From the human T2T-CHM13v2.0 reference genome, Homo sapiens, in NCBI RefSeq assembly GCF_009914755.1, contig NC_060935.1: a stretch of 64,000 bases of DNA. One strand, written 5' to 3'. Positions 18,279 through 37,790 of this stretch are shown here, one piece after another. Within the stretch, counting starts at the first letter, position 1. Every line of letters begins with the position of its first letter. The position numbers and the translations under genes are program-made. The notes under the pieces are model-generated. The model was not told the DNA's origin. It was given only the letters and a program-made list of their open reading frames with translations, and searched no databases.

Positions 18279-19973
18279 GTATGAGTCCCTGCTGCTGCAA
18301 GTGTCTGAGCCTGTGAATCCAGAGCTCAGTGCAGGGCCCATCACTGGACTGCTGGACAGGCTCAGTGGATTCAGAGGTAAGTGTCAGCCCATTGGCAGAA
18401 TTCCCACAGTGTATTACTTCTTGTTAGAATCATGGGGGTAATATTTTACCCTTCATCAAATCTTTATTTCATTTCAGCAGGAAGTGAACCATATGACGAT
18501 GCAACCTTTTTACATCCCTGTTTCTATTTATAGTCCAATTTATAACCTGAAGAGTAAAACATAGTGAAAAACAAATATGTTCTGGGCTCACATGGATAGA
18601 GTTATATATTGGGTAAATGGAATGACATAAGAAATAAAAAATTGAATAAATGGAACAATGCTCAGAAGGAAGTGTAATAATCCAAGGTTACATAAACATT
18701 TACATTTCTTTACTGTATTTCATTTGAATTGTTAAACATATTTCATTGGGGAATAGAGTTCACTGAAGTTTGTTGGAGTATTTGTACTTTCTTACAATAA
18801 ATACATATTATTGATATAATGTAAAATTTGGACTTAACATGTAAAAAGAAAGAAGAAATTATTATGTAAATAGGAAGTAAAAATGGAAATGATAATTTCA
18901 GTTTAGTTACAACATGAAGAGCTACATGTAAAATCTAAAATTCGGTTTCAGTCTAGAGCTAGCAGGGATGTCCGCAAAGTGACTGGTAAAATTTTTTGCA
19001 AAAATCTGCCTTAAGTTACAACTTATAATTTGAACATATGGACTTTTATCCAGTTATCTGGAGTGGTGCTTGAGTAAGCTAAAATCTTCTCATTCTTGTC
19101 AAAATTGTATCACTAGTATTTAAGAACAAGAAATATTTTAATAATAATGACCTTGATAGCTAAAGGGCATTCAGGGCATAAAATATTTCACTTTTACATT
19201 GGAGATTGGATTGAAACAGGCTGGTCTTATATTTGACTCTCAATTTTTAAGTTTTCAATAAATTTTCAATGTCTGTTTTTAGGGTTTTGTTCTACCTATA
19301 GAGAATATTAATCATCCTTATACTTTATTAAATATTGTAGTCACAATTCTCCTGTCCTTGTAACTTCCAATATCTTGGTAAAGTAAACTCTTGGTAGAAT
19401 AATTTTCCCTAATGAATTCTAATTTCTATTAATTACATGTATCTATATTTTTTTTAAAATTATTTTTGCAGTTGATTTTACTCTGCAGCCTGAAAGAGTC
19501 AATAGTCATATCTTCCTGTATGGAGATTTGAGAAGCATGAATGTTGGATGTGACCCTCAAGATGATCCCGATATCACTGCAAAATCTGAATGTTTTCTTG
19601 TATTGGGGGGCTCAGGCTTTCACATTTGGCAAATATTATTGGGAGGTGCACGTGGGGGATTCTTGGAATTGGGCTTTTGGTGTCTGTAACAATTATTGGA
19701 AAGAGAAGAGACAGAATGACAAGATAGATGGAGAGGAAGGACTCTTTCTTCTTGGATGTGTTAAGGAGGACACTCACTGCAGTCTCTTTACCACCACCCC
19801 ACTTGTGGTGCAATATGTTCCAAGACCTACCAGCACAGTGGGATTATTCCTGGATTGTGAAGGTAGAACCATGAGCTTTGTTGATGTTGATCAAAGTTCC
19901 CTGATATACACCATCCCTAATTGCTCCTGCTCACCTCCACTCATGGCCTATCTTTTGCTGTAGTCACTTCTGA
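18279..19973 (+). pseudogene. TRIM51DP: TRIM51 3'-half pseudogene: 98-nt exon 18279-18376 and PRY/SPRY (B30.2) exon 19472-19973
   Basis: [32 protein letters not shown] then VDFTLQPER...GKYYWEVHVGDSWNWAFGVCNNYWKEKRQNDKIDGEEGLF...CCSHF*, which is TRIM51-specific wording. +1 frameshifts near 19603 and 19944. ATTAAA at 20127-20132. The TRIM51 family call is firm; the DP locus name is from memory. Confidence 0.88.
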
Positions 19974-20439
19974 CCAGAGAAAAGTCAGAAATGGGTCTAT
20001 ATGCTCTGGGAACCTGTTTATCCCAGAAAGCCCTGTTTTTCGCACCTCATCAAACAGGACAAATAAGTTATATTTAATGTCCTTAGTTGCATTCTAATGT
20101 CATCAAAACTCATTTATAGTGTTTCTATTAAATATGGTGAAAACACTGCAACCATGTGTATTGGTTCCTTTTTAAATCATTTTTGGAAAATCATTACCCA
20201 TGATGTATGGCATAGACTATATTCTCTGGTTTTTAATTATTTCTGAATGTCACAAAGTGAAATAATAGATGACAGAGTTGTCTAAATGAAGTTAAAATCA
20301 ATGGAAGAGAGTAGAGATCTTGGGCTTCATGAAATAGTTTGGAGTAAAAAGACTCAATGGTAACCTGCAAATATTTTCTTTCTCTTCATCTAACAATATT
20401 ATACTTATCCATGTGTTTATTTGTGAACCTATATTTTGA

Positions 20440-21530
20440 GGTAATTTTATTTGACCTCCTATGCTGTGCTTATCTTTGTAAATCTCATCTTATATACAAA
20501 ATGCTCATGCATTATTAGAGTGCTATTCTACAGTGAAATTTACAAGGGGATCAGGACAATGCTGGATCAATTTAATATTCAAATGGACAAAACTGAATAC
20601 TGACACCTACCTCAAACCATACACAGTGTATTTCCACATGGATTCATGTTCTGAAGGTGAAGGGAACACAATAAAATATTCTCACACAGAAAGATTTCCT
20701 AACCAGGACAAAAAAGGAACAATTAAGAAGAAAAATGTAGTTACTTTATATCAAAAATGATGACTTCTGTGTTTCAAAATATACCATCCAAGAATTAAAA
20801 TGCAAACCAAGAGTGGAGAAAAATATTTATCCCAACATATATGCAATAAAATACAATACAGGTGATTAATGAAGGTAATAAATAAAAGAAAATGAACCCA
20901 ATATAATATTGGGAAAATATTTGAACAGGAACTTCATAAAATTGGAGGCATGAATATCTGGACAAATATGAAAAAGGGATTACTTTTATTAGTCCTCAGA
21001 ATAATAAAAATTAATCCATAAGTTGAACCACAGGCCTCCATAAAAAGTAGCAAAATGTAAAAACACATAATATTGTGTGTTGTGAAAGATAAAGAATCAA
21101 TGAAAGTAATTCATGCCTGGAGGGATGTAAGCTGAAATACTTTTTGGCGAACTGACTATGAGCATTCCTTATGGGCTAGATATTCTAATTCTAAAATATA
21201 TTCCTCAGACTGCCTATGTGTATTTCAAGATAAACACAATGTTGATCATTGCAGCAATTTTTATAGTAGCTCAAATTGGAGACAAAATAAATATTCAACA
21301 ACAGTAGAATTGCTAAATAAATTGTGATCTCATCGTACAAAATAATTTTACAAAACAGAGATAACACTGAAATGCAACAAATTAATGAATCTCAAAGAGA
21401 AGTTAAGAAAAGAATTGAAACACACAAATGTTATATTACAGTGTTTTATTTAGATAAATTGTGAACTCCATTAATTGATGCTAGAAGTTAGAATATTGCA
21501 TAAAGTTTTGGAAGGTAATGGTTATGAAAC
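20440..21530 (+). mobile_element. Old L1ME/MD 3' region
   Basis: Degenerate A-rich L1 ORF2 end and 3' UTR (acctcaaaccatacacag..., gcagcaatttttatagtagc...). Boundaries approximate. Confidence 0.65.
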
Positions 21531-21755
21531 TTAAAAATTAACCAGGATAAGATGCAGGAAGCATTGAAATCAATGAGAGAAACTATAAGCATTTTTCATG
21601 CAGAAGAGAATTATATATATATATGTATGTATTAAGTATTTTAACGTATATAATAAGTTTGAAATAAATTAATTTGATGTTTTGCCTAATTTTTCAAATG
21701 CATATACATATAATTTAATTTATGATAATTTAACATCAACATTAAGACATAACAC

Positions 21756-22130
21756 TTTTTTTATTATTATACTTTAAGTTCTGGGGTACATGTGCAGAAC
21801 GTTCAGGTTTGTTACATAGGTTTACACGCACCACGGTGGTTTGCTGTACCCATCAACCCGTCATCTACATAAGGTAGTTATCCCAAGGATATCCCTCCCC
21901 TGGACCCCCACCCCAGACAGGCCCCAGTGTGTGATGTTCTCCTCCCTGTGTACTTGTGTTCTCATTGTTCAACTCCCACTTACGAGTGAGAACATGCGGT
22001 GTTTGGTTTTCTGTTGTTGTGTTAATTTGCTGAGAATGATGGTTTCCAGCTTCATCCATGACCCTGCAAAGGACATGAACTCATCCTTTTTATGGCTACA
22101 TAGTATTCCACGGTGTATATGTGCCACATA
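21756..22130 (-). mobile_element. L1PA (about PA7/8) 3' end
   Basis: ttattattatactttaagttctggggtacatgtgcagaacg ... tgtatatgtgccacat. Confidence 0.9.
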
Positions 22131-23937
22131 CATTTGTTTTAAAGTTTGTGAAGAGATTCAGAGAATATCACATTTTAAGAACTGTGTTTACCTCCCCATC
22201 TCCCCTGTGTAACAAAACTTAAAAGTACAAAGGGAAATATAAGGAATGCCATTGCCCTTGGGATGCTGCTAACACTAATTGAACTTTGGAAAGGGGAAAA
22301 AGAAAAAATAGGAAAAAAATATGTGGAGGATTTAGACCTACATCTGAAGGTTGGACAGGATCATTAAGAAGGTTCCAACCATGAAGACCCAGAAACAGTG
22401 TCAACCTGTGACTGAGCTTCATCAGAATGACAGAAAATGCTTCTCCATCCTCATCACCACCCCAACTAGGCAAAAAATTGTTGAGTAACAGGTCAAAGCA
22501 GTGCCTTCTGGGGGACTGAGCGGAATTTGGAGGGAAACTTAAAGTTGAGGATACAGCAGATACTGAGAAAAGCTGCTGAACCAGTCCAGTCTGAAACACA
22601 AAGTAATGCTAGATGAGCAGGAAATCTATGGTGCACTGGAATTAACTCTAAGAAGAACAAGTCTCAAAACCAAATCAACTCCTGACTAGATTGATTCAAC
22701 CTTCTCTCTCAAAACACACACATACAGCCTAGTAAAAGGGAACACATGCGGGTTTTGCTTTCTATATTAATCTACTCTACATAGTTCACTTTTTGAGTAA
22801 AACTTACCAGACATATACAGAAACAGAAAAGATACATAAAGGAAACACTGTTAAGAGAAAAAGCAATTAATAAAGCCAGATTCAAATGTGGCAGAGGTGT
22901 TGGAATTATCTTTCAAGTAGATCTCATGGGTGCTGTTCTAGAAGCCCTTAGTAGGGTATAAAGCCCCCCTTTTTTTTTATTATACTTATGTGACAAGATC
23001 TTCCTTTTATCCTCTTATGTAAAAGGTATTTCCAATCCATATTCATCTCTGTATTGGCAGTCACATTTTTGACACTTTACAAATATTAGTCCACTGTCTT
23101 ATACTTACATTTATGATTATGGAGCAGTCTGTTGTCATTCTATTAAGTGTTCCCTCAAAATGAAACAGTTCATTTTGGCTGCTTTAAAGAGATTCTTCAT
23201 CTTTGGTGGTGGTTTCAAGCTTAAACACATCATAATGAATCAGCCAACAAAGACAGAGAAATACTAAATATCAGCCAAAATATATTGTTTTACACATTCA
23301 AAACAAAGTAAATTTATGTTTTATACATCCAAAATGGGGATTGTTTGGCTTCCTGAATTCCATTCATTTGCTTACTCTGAAAAAATTATCAAACATTATA
23401 CCCTTGAATATGTACTCTCCTCATCTTCTCTACTTAGCTCTACTGTGTGCTACAGTCAATCACACATTATGCTGTCTATAAAGGACAGACATGATACTCT
23501 CATCCTCCTTATGTCACTATCACTCTCCTAGTTTACCTCTATTTGTCCATCTGTGAAGCCTTCATGACATATCTTTATATCTATTATCCAATTCACACTT
23601 TCTGCAGCTTCATTTCACTTGCTAAACAGTTTTCACTAAACAGCAAATTTTACTTATTTCACTTCTACCAATATAAATTAGAACTTATATGGTAAAAGAA
23701 TTTCTTAAATGACTGCCAAATGTGAAAAAATTCATGTATATATTATATATATTTACATATGTATGTGTTATATAGACGTACACAAAATTGCTATTGGTAA
23801 CGGCGGTTTTCACAGGAGTCTATAACTACTGAAGATTTTATTTTTCCTAAAAGATATAATATTTCCTTAAAGATATTCTGTTTCTTAATTTATAATAAAG
23901 ACAATTCTTATGTTTTTATCAGCAACATAAATTAATA

Positions 23938-24075
23938 GGCTGGGTGCAGTGGCTCACGTCTGTAATTTCGGCTCTGTGAGAAAATGAGGCAAAAGAATCA
24001 CTTGAGTCTAGCAGTTTAAGGCTGCTGTGAGCTGTGATTGCACCATTGCACTCCAGCCTAGGCTACAGAACCAGA

Positions 24076-24123
<48 letters not shown>

Positions 24124-24235
24124 GTGTGTGTGTGTATCTATACATAATATATATAAAATACATATTATTATATATTATAGATAAAATACATACATTATAT
24201 ATTATATATGTATAAAATATATTACATATATATAA
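23938..24235 (+). mobile_element. FLAM/AluJ monomer with (TA)n/(TG)n tail
   Basis: ggctgggtgcagtggctcacgtctgtaat...ccattgcactccagcctaggc, then TA/TG repeats at 24076-24235. Confidence 0.8.
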
Positions 24236-24615
24236 ATTGACAGTACTACATTAAAACCTGAAATCAAGCTTCAAAAGCAACACCTAAGTGCATTTCCAGT
24301 CTAGTTCAGTGACTATTAGAATTAAAGCCAACTTCAGGCAAAACATTTCCAAAAACAGAAAAAAATAAAGCAAAAAGAAAAGGGAGAAAAACTATTCCAG
24401 ACTTTTGAAGACATTTCTTAAAATCATAAATTGATGGTATCCTCTTTCTCATCTTTTGATGAGTAAAATATTAAAGAACTCCAAAAATTATCTACAAGTT
24501 TGGTATTTGAGGGTTCATTTGTTGTAAACTCAGTGGTTCTTGATAAGAGGAAGTTTAAAGTTTGTTTAGGGAGATTAGCCAAGGTGTTGAATCCATCATT
24601 TCCTCTCTTCTGGTG

Positions 24616-24885
24616 AAACCTAATCAAGAACCCTAATGGCTATCTCAAACTCCAAGAAATGGACAACCTGTTTGAAAAGGGGTGTGATTTTTCAGAGATT
24701 CAATATAAAGAGGTACAAGTAGCCAAGCTCATTCTTTTCTGGGACACACAGAGTGGCTTTGGAACTGGCTGTGAAGATGTCTGAAAGCTACTACCACTAT
24801 ATGGTGGGGCCCTGATCCCTGATCAGACTTTATAGTACTACTTCTACAGCAAGTTTCAGTGAGACCATAAGTATATTTCTAGGGT
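24616..24885 (+). promoter_or_regulatory. Candidate promoter and non-coding first exon of the right TRIM43-like copy
   Basis: AAACCTAATCA (DUX4-like, 1 mismatch) at 24616-24626, GGGTGTG CACCC box at ~24680, TATAAA at 24704-24709, GTGAGA donor-like sites at 24859 and 24884. Lies ~1.5 kb upstream of the coding-exon acceptor at 26327-26328. Confidence 0.45.
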
Positions 24886-25573
24886 GAGAACACAACAAAC
24901 AGAGGAGGAGTTCCTGCTACTTTTCCAATCCAAAACAGACTGCCCTATGTTTAATTTTTCAACAAACTGAGCTTGTTACTATAAGTGATGTCATTTGCTT
25001 ACTTAGTAAAAATGTTTTTACTCTTATTTTGTCATCCTGTCTTCCTACATACTTGTGAAATACAGTGAAGATTAATTTTACTTGTAACATTTATGTATTC
25101 CTTAGTTGTTCCTATGTATTCTAAGAACACAGAAAATAGTTTTCAGATATCTTGCAATTTCATACTTGTTGTATATCCTAAATTTTATTGAGAATATTTT
25201 ATTTTGTATGTTGTACACAAATGTAATACCCTCTGTTCTAAAGTTGGCACATAAATATATGCACAAGACAGAATATTCTATAATATACAACTTAGGTAAT
25301 ATGTTGAATAATTTGAGGATAATATTGTTTTAGAGTATACTAAATGCCTCTTCTGCATTTCTGGGTGAAATCTGATCAAATCTCACAATGTTCAGTGAAT
25401 AAATAATGGTTATTTAGAAATCACTTTTCAGTGGTGGATAGTGATTGAGATTTTTTGAAATGCTTTAAAGGAGAAAATTATGACATCTAAATGAAACAAT
25501 GAGAGTAAAATTGCAGTTAAATACCATTTCCTAAACCAATTATTTTTTTCTTTTGTACGGAATCAATCTTTTC

Positions 25574-25584
25574 TAATCCAATCA
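25574..25584 (+). promoter_or_regulatory. Perfect DUX4 consensus site TAATCCAATCA
   Basis: Matches TAAYYYAATCA. Lies in the putative intron 1 of the TRIM43-like copy; TRIM43/48/49/51 are known DUX4 targets. Confidence 0.55.
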
Positions 25585-25711
25585 CAATGAGCATTAAGAA
25601 TGGTTTTCAGAGTATTCAGGACCCATCATCTAATGGTGTAATTTGGTCTCAATTTCATACTCTTGAACCTGAAGTTTTTTGGAGTAAAGTCAAAACTCAA
25701 CTAAACTGAGG

Positions 25712-26053
25712 TTTCTTTTCTTTTCTTTCTTTCTTTCTTCCTTTTTTCTCTCTCTTTCTCTCTCTCTCTCTCATTCTCTCATTTTTCTTTCTTTCTTTCT
25801 TCTTGCTTTAATGCCTAGGCTGAAGAGCAGTGGCTCAATCTCAGCTGACTGCAACTTCAGGGTTCAAGCCATTCTCCTGCCCCGTCTTCTAAGTTTCTGG
25901 GATTACAGGTATGTGCCACCACTCCTGGCTGATTTTTGTGTTTTTAGTAGAGGCAGAGTTTCCCCATATTGGCCAAGCTGGTCTCCAACCTGATCTACCA
26001 GCCTTGGCATCCCAAAATGCTGGGATTACAGGTGTGAGCCATCACACCTGGCC
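25712..26053 (-). mobile_element. Alu with (TTTC)n tail (paralog of 4826-5239)
   Basis: Mirror image of the left-arm Alu. Confidence 0.92.
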
Positions 26054-26332
26054 TCTCTGAGGTACATTTTTCTATGCAAAAGAAAATGGTAGGATGAGGA
26101 TGTAGTGCCCTGTGAGTTGTGCATGAACCCAACAATTTTACCTAGAGATCCAAGGGCTCTCTTTGTGCCTCAGGTTCTATTTTTGTCTTATTCAAACTAA
26201 AGCCTGTTCTACTCTAGACAGAAGTTTAGCACTGAGTCACAACCTGAGTCAAATTTTGCTTTGGTCTTTGTTTCTCCAAGGCATAAGATGAAGTTTTAAT
26301 CATATGTTTCCTAATTTCCTTCCTTCAGGAAA

Positions 26333-28205
26333 ATGGTCTCAGACATCACACAAGCCTTCCAGAAAGAACCCATCTGCCTCTTCTGTCTGAACTAACTCGT
26401 AGACCCCATCACCACAGGCTGTGGCCCCAGCTTCTGTAGGCCCTGTCTCTGCCTTTCCCGGGAAGAAGCCAAAATTCCTACCGGCTGCCCACATGCGGGG
26501 AACTGTCACAGCAGGAGGACGTCAAAACTAATATTTTTCTGAAGAATCCAGTGTGCATTGTCATAAAAGCCAGTCTCTGGCAATTCCTGAGCTCTAATGA
26601 ACAAATGTGTGGGATCCACAGGGAGAAAAAATGATATTTGGAGCGGTGGATAAGAGCCTGCTTCATTTGCTGTTCTGGAACACTCAGGAGCACGGGGCTC
26701 ACACACACTGTGAGGGGCAACTAAGGAACACTGGGCAAGTGATAGCTCTGAGAGCACTTTGTAAGCTGGAGGATGGCACAGGTAAAGAGATTAGGGGGAA
26801 GGTGAAGAGCATGAGATTATTCTGTTCTGTACTGGATGTCATGTAGTGCCTAGGTATCAATGATAGAAATTTAAATGGAATCTGTGAGAATACCTTCCTT
26901 CCTGGAACTTACCTTTCACTGAGGGAGTGATGAAGTTAATAATCATTATAATAATTTGACTATTTAGTTTAGTGTTCAGGGCACTGTAAAGAGCTCAATA
27001 TCAGAAAGAGTTTTTGGCTATCTAAACTACAAGTTCAAAAGCCTTCTATATAGGAAACCTATTTACCAACACTGGAAATAATAGAATAAAATATGCTAGA
27101 ATTAGCAAGGCACGGTGTCAGTAGATTCCAATTCTGATGCAAGATGCCACATTATCTGTAAATTAGCCCTGCTTATGATTTTCCTATTAAACTGGTTGTG
27201 TTGCATGTTGCAGTTCTACAGTCTGAGATCTTCCCAAATCTCTTTCATATCTCATCCCTTGATTTCCTTATCAATGGGGGTCTGACAACCAAAAGCCATT
27301 TGTTTCTCTGATGTTCAAATTCATAGTTCTTTTATAGGAGATGATAATGAAGCAAATGAGATCTTTTTGGGAAAAAATTCAAGAAAACCAAAGAAAGTTA
27401 AATAAGGAGAGCAGGAAAACCAACCAGTGGATTGTAAGTATTAGGCCTTTTCCCTCAGATTCAGCCTCAGACAGACATGCTGCAAATTTATCCACTTACC
27501 ACTTGAGCGGATATCATCTTGGTTAGGATTTGAGGAAGATTTTTTGTCATGGCTTCCAATCCTGAGGGTACAATGCAGCATTGATTACTGCTCAGAGAGA
27601 GTGGTCAGAGTATGGAGTAGGGAGGTTTGGTACTAAAGACTAATTTAAAAACTTAATACTGCAAAAAATTATCTGTGAACCACCATAAATTCCAATGACT
27701 CTCATGTAGGTTGTCTGATATCAAAGGGTGTATATTGAAGAAATGATGAATAATAACCTTTATTCGGGTGTTTTAGGAAGTCATATAATCAATAAAAGAG
27801 GTTGAAGAAAAGAATGAATTTGGCTTCTAGTATTGTTAAGACACAATAAAAATAAATGAAAGAAAGGGATTAATGATTGATTTCATGGTTCTGAGAAGTA
27901 GGAAGACATGAGTTTATGTATATAGCTTATTGGTAGGCTATATCAGTCAGTCTAGGCTCAGTGGCTCAAGTTCGTAATCCCTATGATTTGGGACTGTTAC
28001 ATCAGGAAAGGGTTTTAAAGACGAATTTCCCTTGAATGATGATTTGTTTTTCAATCCTGTGATTAAATATTTGGTATTAGAAAGCTCAGTTGTATTTTCC
28101 TCTTTAAAGGAGTGAGTCAGAGCAGTGGCACATGCCCCAGTGTGTGAGCTCAGAGCTCACAGCTCAACCCATCAGTCGCTAATGGACAGATTTCATGACT
28201 TCCAG
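26333..28205 (+). pseudogene. TRIM43-like unprocessed pseudogene, right copy: exons 26333-26734, 27338-27433, 28110-28205
   Basis: ATG at 26333 (MVSDITQAFQKE...) and TAA in RING. First donor is GC (GCAAGT at 26735), whereas the left copy has GT. Exons EMIMKQMRSFWEKIQENQRKLNKESRKTNQWI and SESEQWHMPQCVSSEL... No SPRY exon follows. Confidence 0.88.
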
Positions 28206-28232
28206 GTGAGTGTCAACCTGCTGACGTGATGA

Positions 28233-35185
<6,953 letters not shown>

Positions 35186-37140
35186 TCACGTCCTCTTCTT
35201 CCAGGGCGGCGGGCGCTTCTCCTGCATCTTGGCCTGGCGCTTCTTCTCGGCCTCCTCAGCCTCCGGTTTCTCCTCCGTGGCCACCTTGTAAGGCCACTTG
35301 GGTATCCGCAGGTGGCCACTGTCCTTGGTGCTGCCCTTCCGCGCTGGCCTCTGGCGCTGCAAGTTGGGCGCGGGCGCCTTGCTGAGGCGGATCCGGGGCA
35401 CCACCACGCCGGGCCGCAAGCTGCTCCGCCACAGGCGCTGCAGGGGCAGGAGGCTGGCCTTCCGCGGGGCGGGGTCGGCAGAGCCCCAGGACCCTGGCAG
35501 CGGGGCAGGTGGGAGGCCGGCTCTTGGGGAGCCCTCCCGGGAGCCCGCGGCCTCTGGGCAGGGCCGCTTGTGCTGCTCTGCGCCCTCCACTTCGCCCGCC
35601 TCCTGCGCCTGCCTCCCCACCCCACGCCGCGTCGCTAGAATTTCCTGAGCCCCCAGGATTTCCTGCACCGCCAGCCGCCTCTTCCCCAGGCACAGGGAGC
35701 TCTGGGGGCACACGGTCTGGCACGCGAGGGCCACAGCGGGGCTGTTAGAGGCTGGTGGTCATCCTGACCATGTGGTCCAGGGCGCCCCGGTCCTCCAGGC
35801 CACACACGGAGCGCGGCGTCAGCGCGGAAGGCTTGCAGTCCCTGACCATCTGCAGCCAGTTCTTCCAGCCCTCGGGCTTCCCCGCCCTCTGGTGGAGCGG
35901 AGGCAGCTAAGCTGGTACTTTTTCCCCAACCGCTGCTGGCAGGGGCGCTCCAGGAGCCTCTGCATGAGGCGGACCTGTAAGTGGCCACTCCTCTGGCGAC
36001 ATCCCACGGCAGGGGCCCTCGAGTGTACACCCGCCCCTGCGAGCTCAGGGCTCGGATGCGATCGGTTCCACCCTGCATGGCTGCTTTCAACCCGAACGCG
36101 TCCATCCTTCAAGATCAAGACCCATTCCATAGTTCAACAAGTAGTTGGTGATGATAGAGTGCCCTGACTGGGCCAGAACAGCCTCTTTAGCCAAACAGCG
36201 CAGGAAAGTCTTTAAACAGATGCTCAGCTCCTTTCTTCATTTTCACTTTAATTCCATGATGCCTCTGTGTCCCTCTGACGACATCTCTCCTGGGGTCTGG
36301 GACTCTGCTGGTCTTCCATGCCTACTGAGAAGGCTTCCTGGCCATCATCAGGCAGGAAAACCTCAAAGCCCTCCGTCCTCAACGTGGGATCCCTGGGCCA
36401 GCAGCATCAGCCTCACCAGGAAACCTGTTCTTCTGCTCATTCTTGGGCCCCACCCCAGGCCTATTCAAAGAAAGACTCCAGGGGCAGCGCTTGGCAGCCT
36501 GTGTTTCCACCAGATCTGTGTGAAAACTCAAATGAACCAGCCCAGGTGATGCTGACGCAGGAAGTGCAAGGCTGAGAGCCAGTGTCTAAGGCAACTGTGC
36601 CCATGGGGCCAGGGGCAGCTCCTGCCTGTGCAGCTATGATTAGGGTTGCGTTCCCCTCCCTGTCCTGCCAGTTGACTTCAATGTGGGGGCACTCAGCTAA
36701 GGCCACCACGGTATATCCACAAAGCCGTGGTAGCAGGCGACATCAAGGCCGGTCTAGCCATTGTGGTCAGTCTCCTGCGCCTTCTCAGCGCTCACCCCCC
36801 GCCGCACCAACGTCTGCAGCAGCCCCACGCCTCCAGGACGCCCTCCTCCAGGACGCCCTCCTCCAGGACGCTCTCCACACCCTCGAGGCCGTGCTCCTCC
36901 TCCTCCTCCTGGAAAGGGTAGAAAGAGTCGTCCCAGGCGATGCTGCGGGTGTCAGGCAGACTGGAGAAGTCCTGGAACTCTTTGTAGTCAGCGCGGTCCT
37001 CCTCGACCTGTGTGCCTAGGAGTGGGGACGGCGGTGGCCGGGTCATGCAGCGCGCCCCGCCACCCTGCAGCTGGGTCCCAGCCAGCAGCACCACGCTGGG
37101 GGCCGGAGGCGTGGGCGGGGGGCCGAGGCTCTGTCCGGGA
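35186..37140 (-). pseudogene. ANKRD33B: ANKRD33B processed pseudogene (CDS 35186-37094 plus short 5' UTR), GC/CpG-rich
   Basis: (M>V)[23 protein letters not shown]...[20 protein letters not shown]; ankyrin part [26 protein letters not shown]; C-terminus [18 protein letters not shown]...PPWKKRT*. Start ATG>GTG, TAG in 'NG*TG', frameshifts. Coding blocks are contiguous except for one 458-nt insert. Confidence 0.95.
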
Positions 37141-37144
37141 AAGT

Positions 37145-37790
37145 CTAAGTTGTTTCCATATCTTGCTGATTATAAATAATGCTGCAGTTTACGTGGGAAT
37201 TCAGGTATCTCTTCAAAATACTAACTTCATTTTCCTTTTATTCATTCCACATAGTGGGATTGCTGGATCAGATGGTAGTTTTATCCTTCATGGTGTCTTC
37301 CATAATTGCTGTTTCAATTTACATTCCAGTCAACCATGTAAAAGGGTTCCCTTTTCTCCACACTGAAAGTAAGGACGGCATTGTCTTAATTATATGTGGA
37401 ATCTAAAAAAAGATGTCAAACTCATAAGAGCAGAGAGTAGAATGGCGATTGTGATGGAATGCCGGGACAGAGAAATGAGGAGATGTTGGTCAAAGAGTAC
37501 AAAGTTTCATTTATGCAGAATGAATAATTCTGGAGAACTAAGTTACAGCATAGAGACTATACTTGGTAATACCATATTGTATACTTGAAGTTTGCTGAGA
37601 AAATGCATCTTAAATATTCTCACCACACACAAAAGGTAATTATGTGAGATGCTGAACGTGTTGATTGTGGTAATCATTTCACAATGTATATATTTACCAA
37701 AATATCACACTGTACAACTTAAATATATATTATAGATTTTTGTCACATACACCTCAATAAAGCTATAGAAAATAAAAAACAATGTTTTAA
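37145..37790. mobile_element. Old L1MA/MB 3' end with 5' inversion (- piece 37145-37362, + piece 37363-37790)
   Basis: Antisense ORF2-end text (tgtttccatatcttg...cccttttctccaca) abuts sense 3' UTR text (tatgtggaatctaaaaaa...cctcaataaagct). Confidence 0.75.

Noticed and set aside
19541-19963. 140-aa standalone SPRY protein
   Set aside because: Begins at a non-ATG start in an off-frame segment and is bounded by two frameshifts; no evidence of a promoter.
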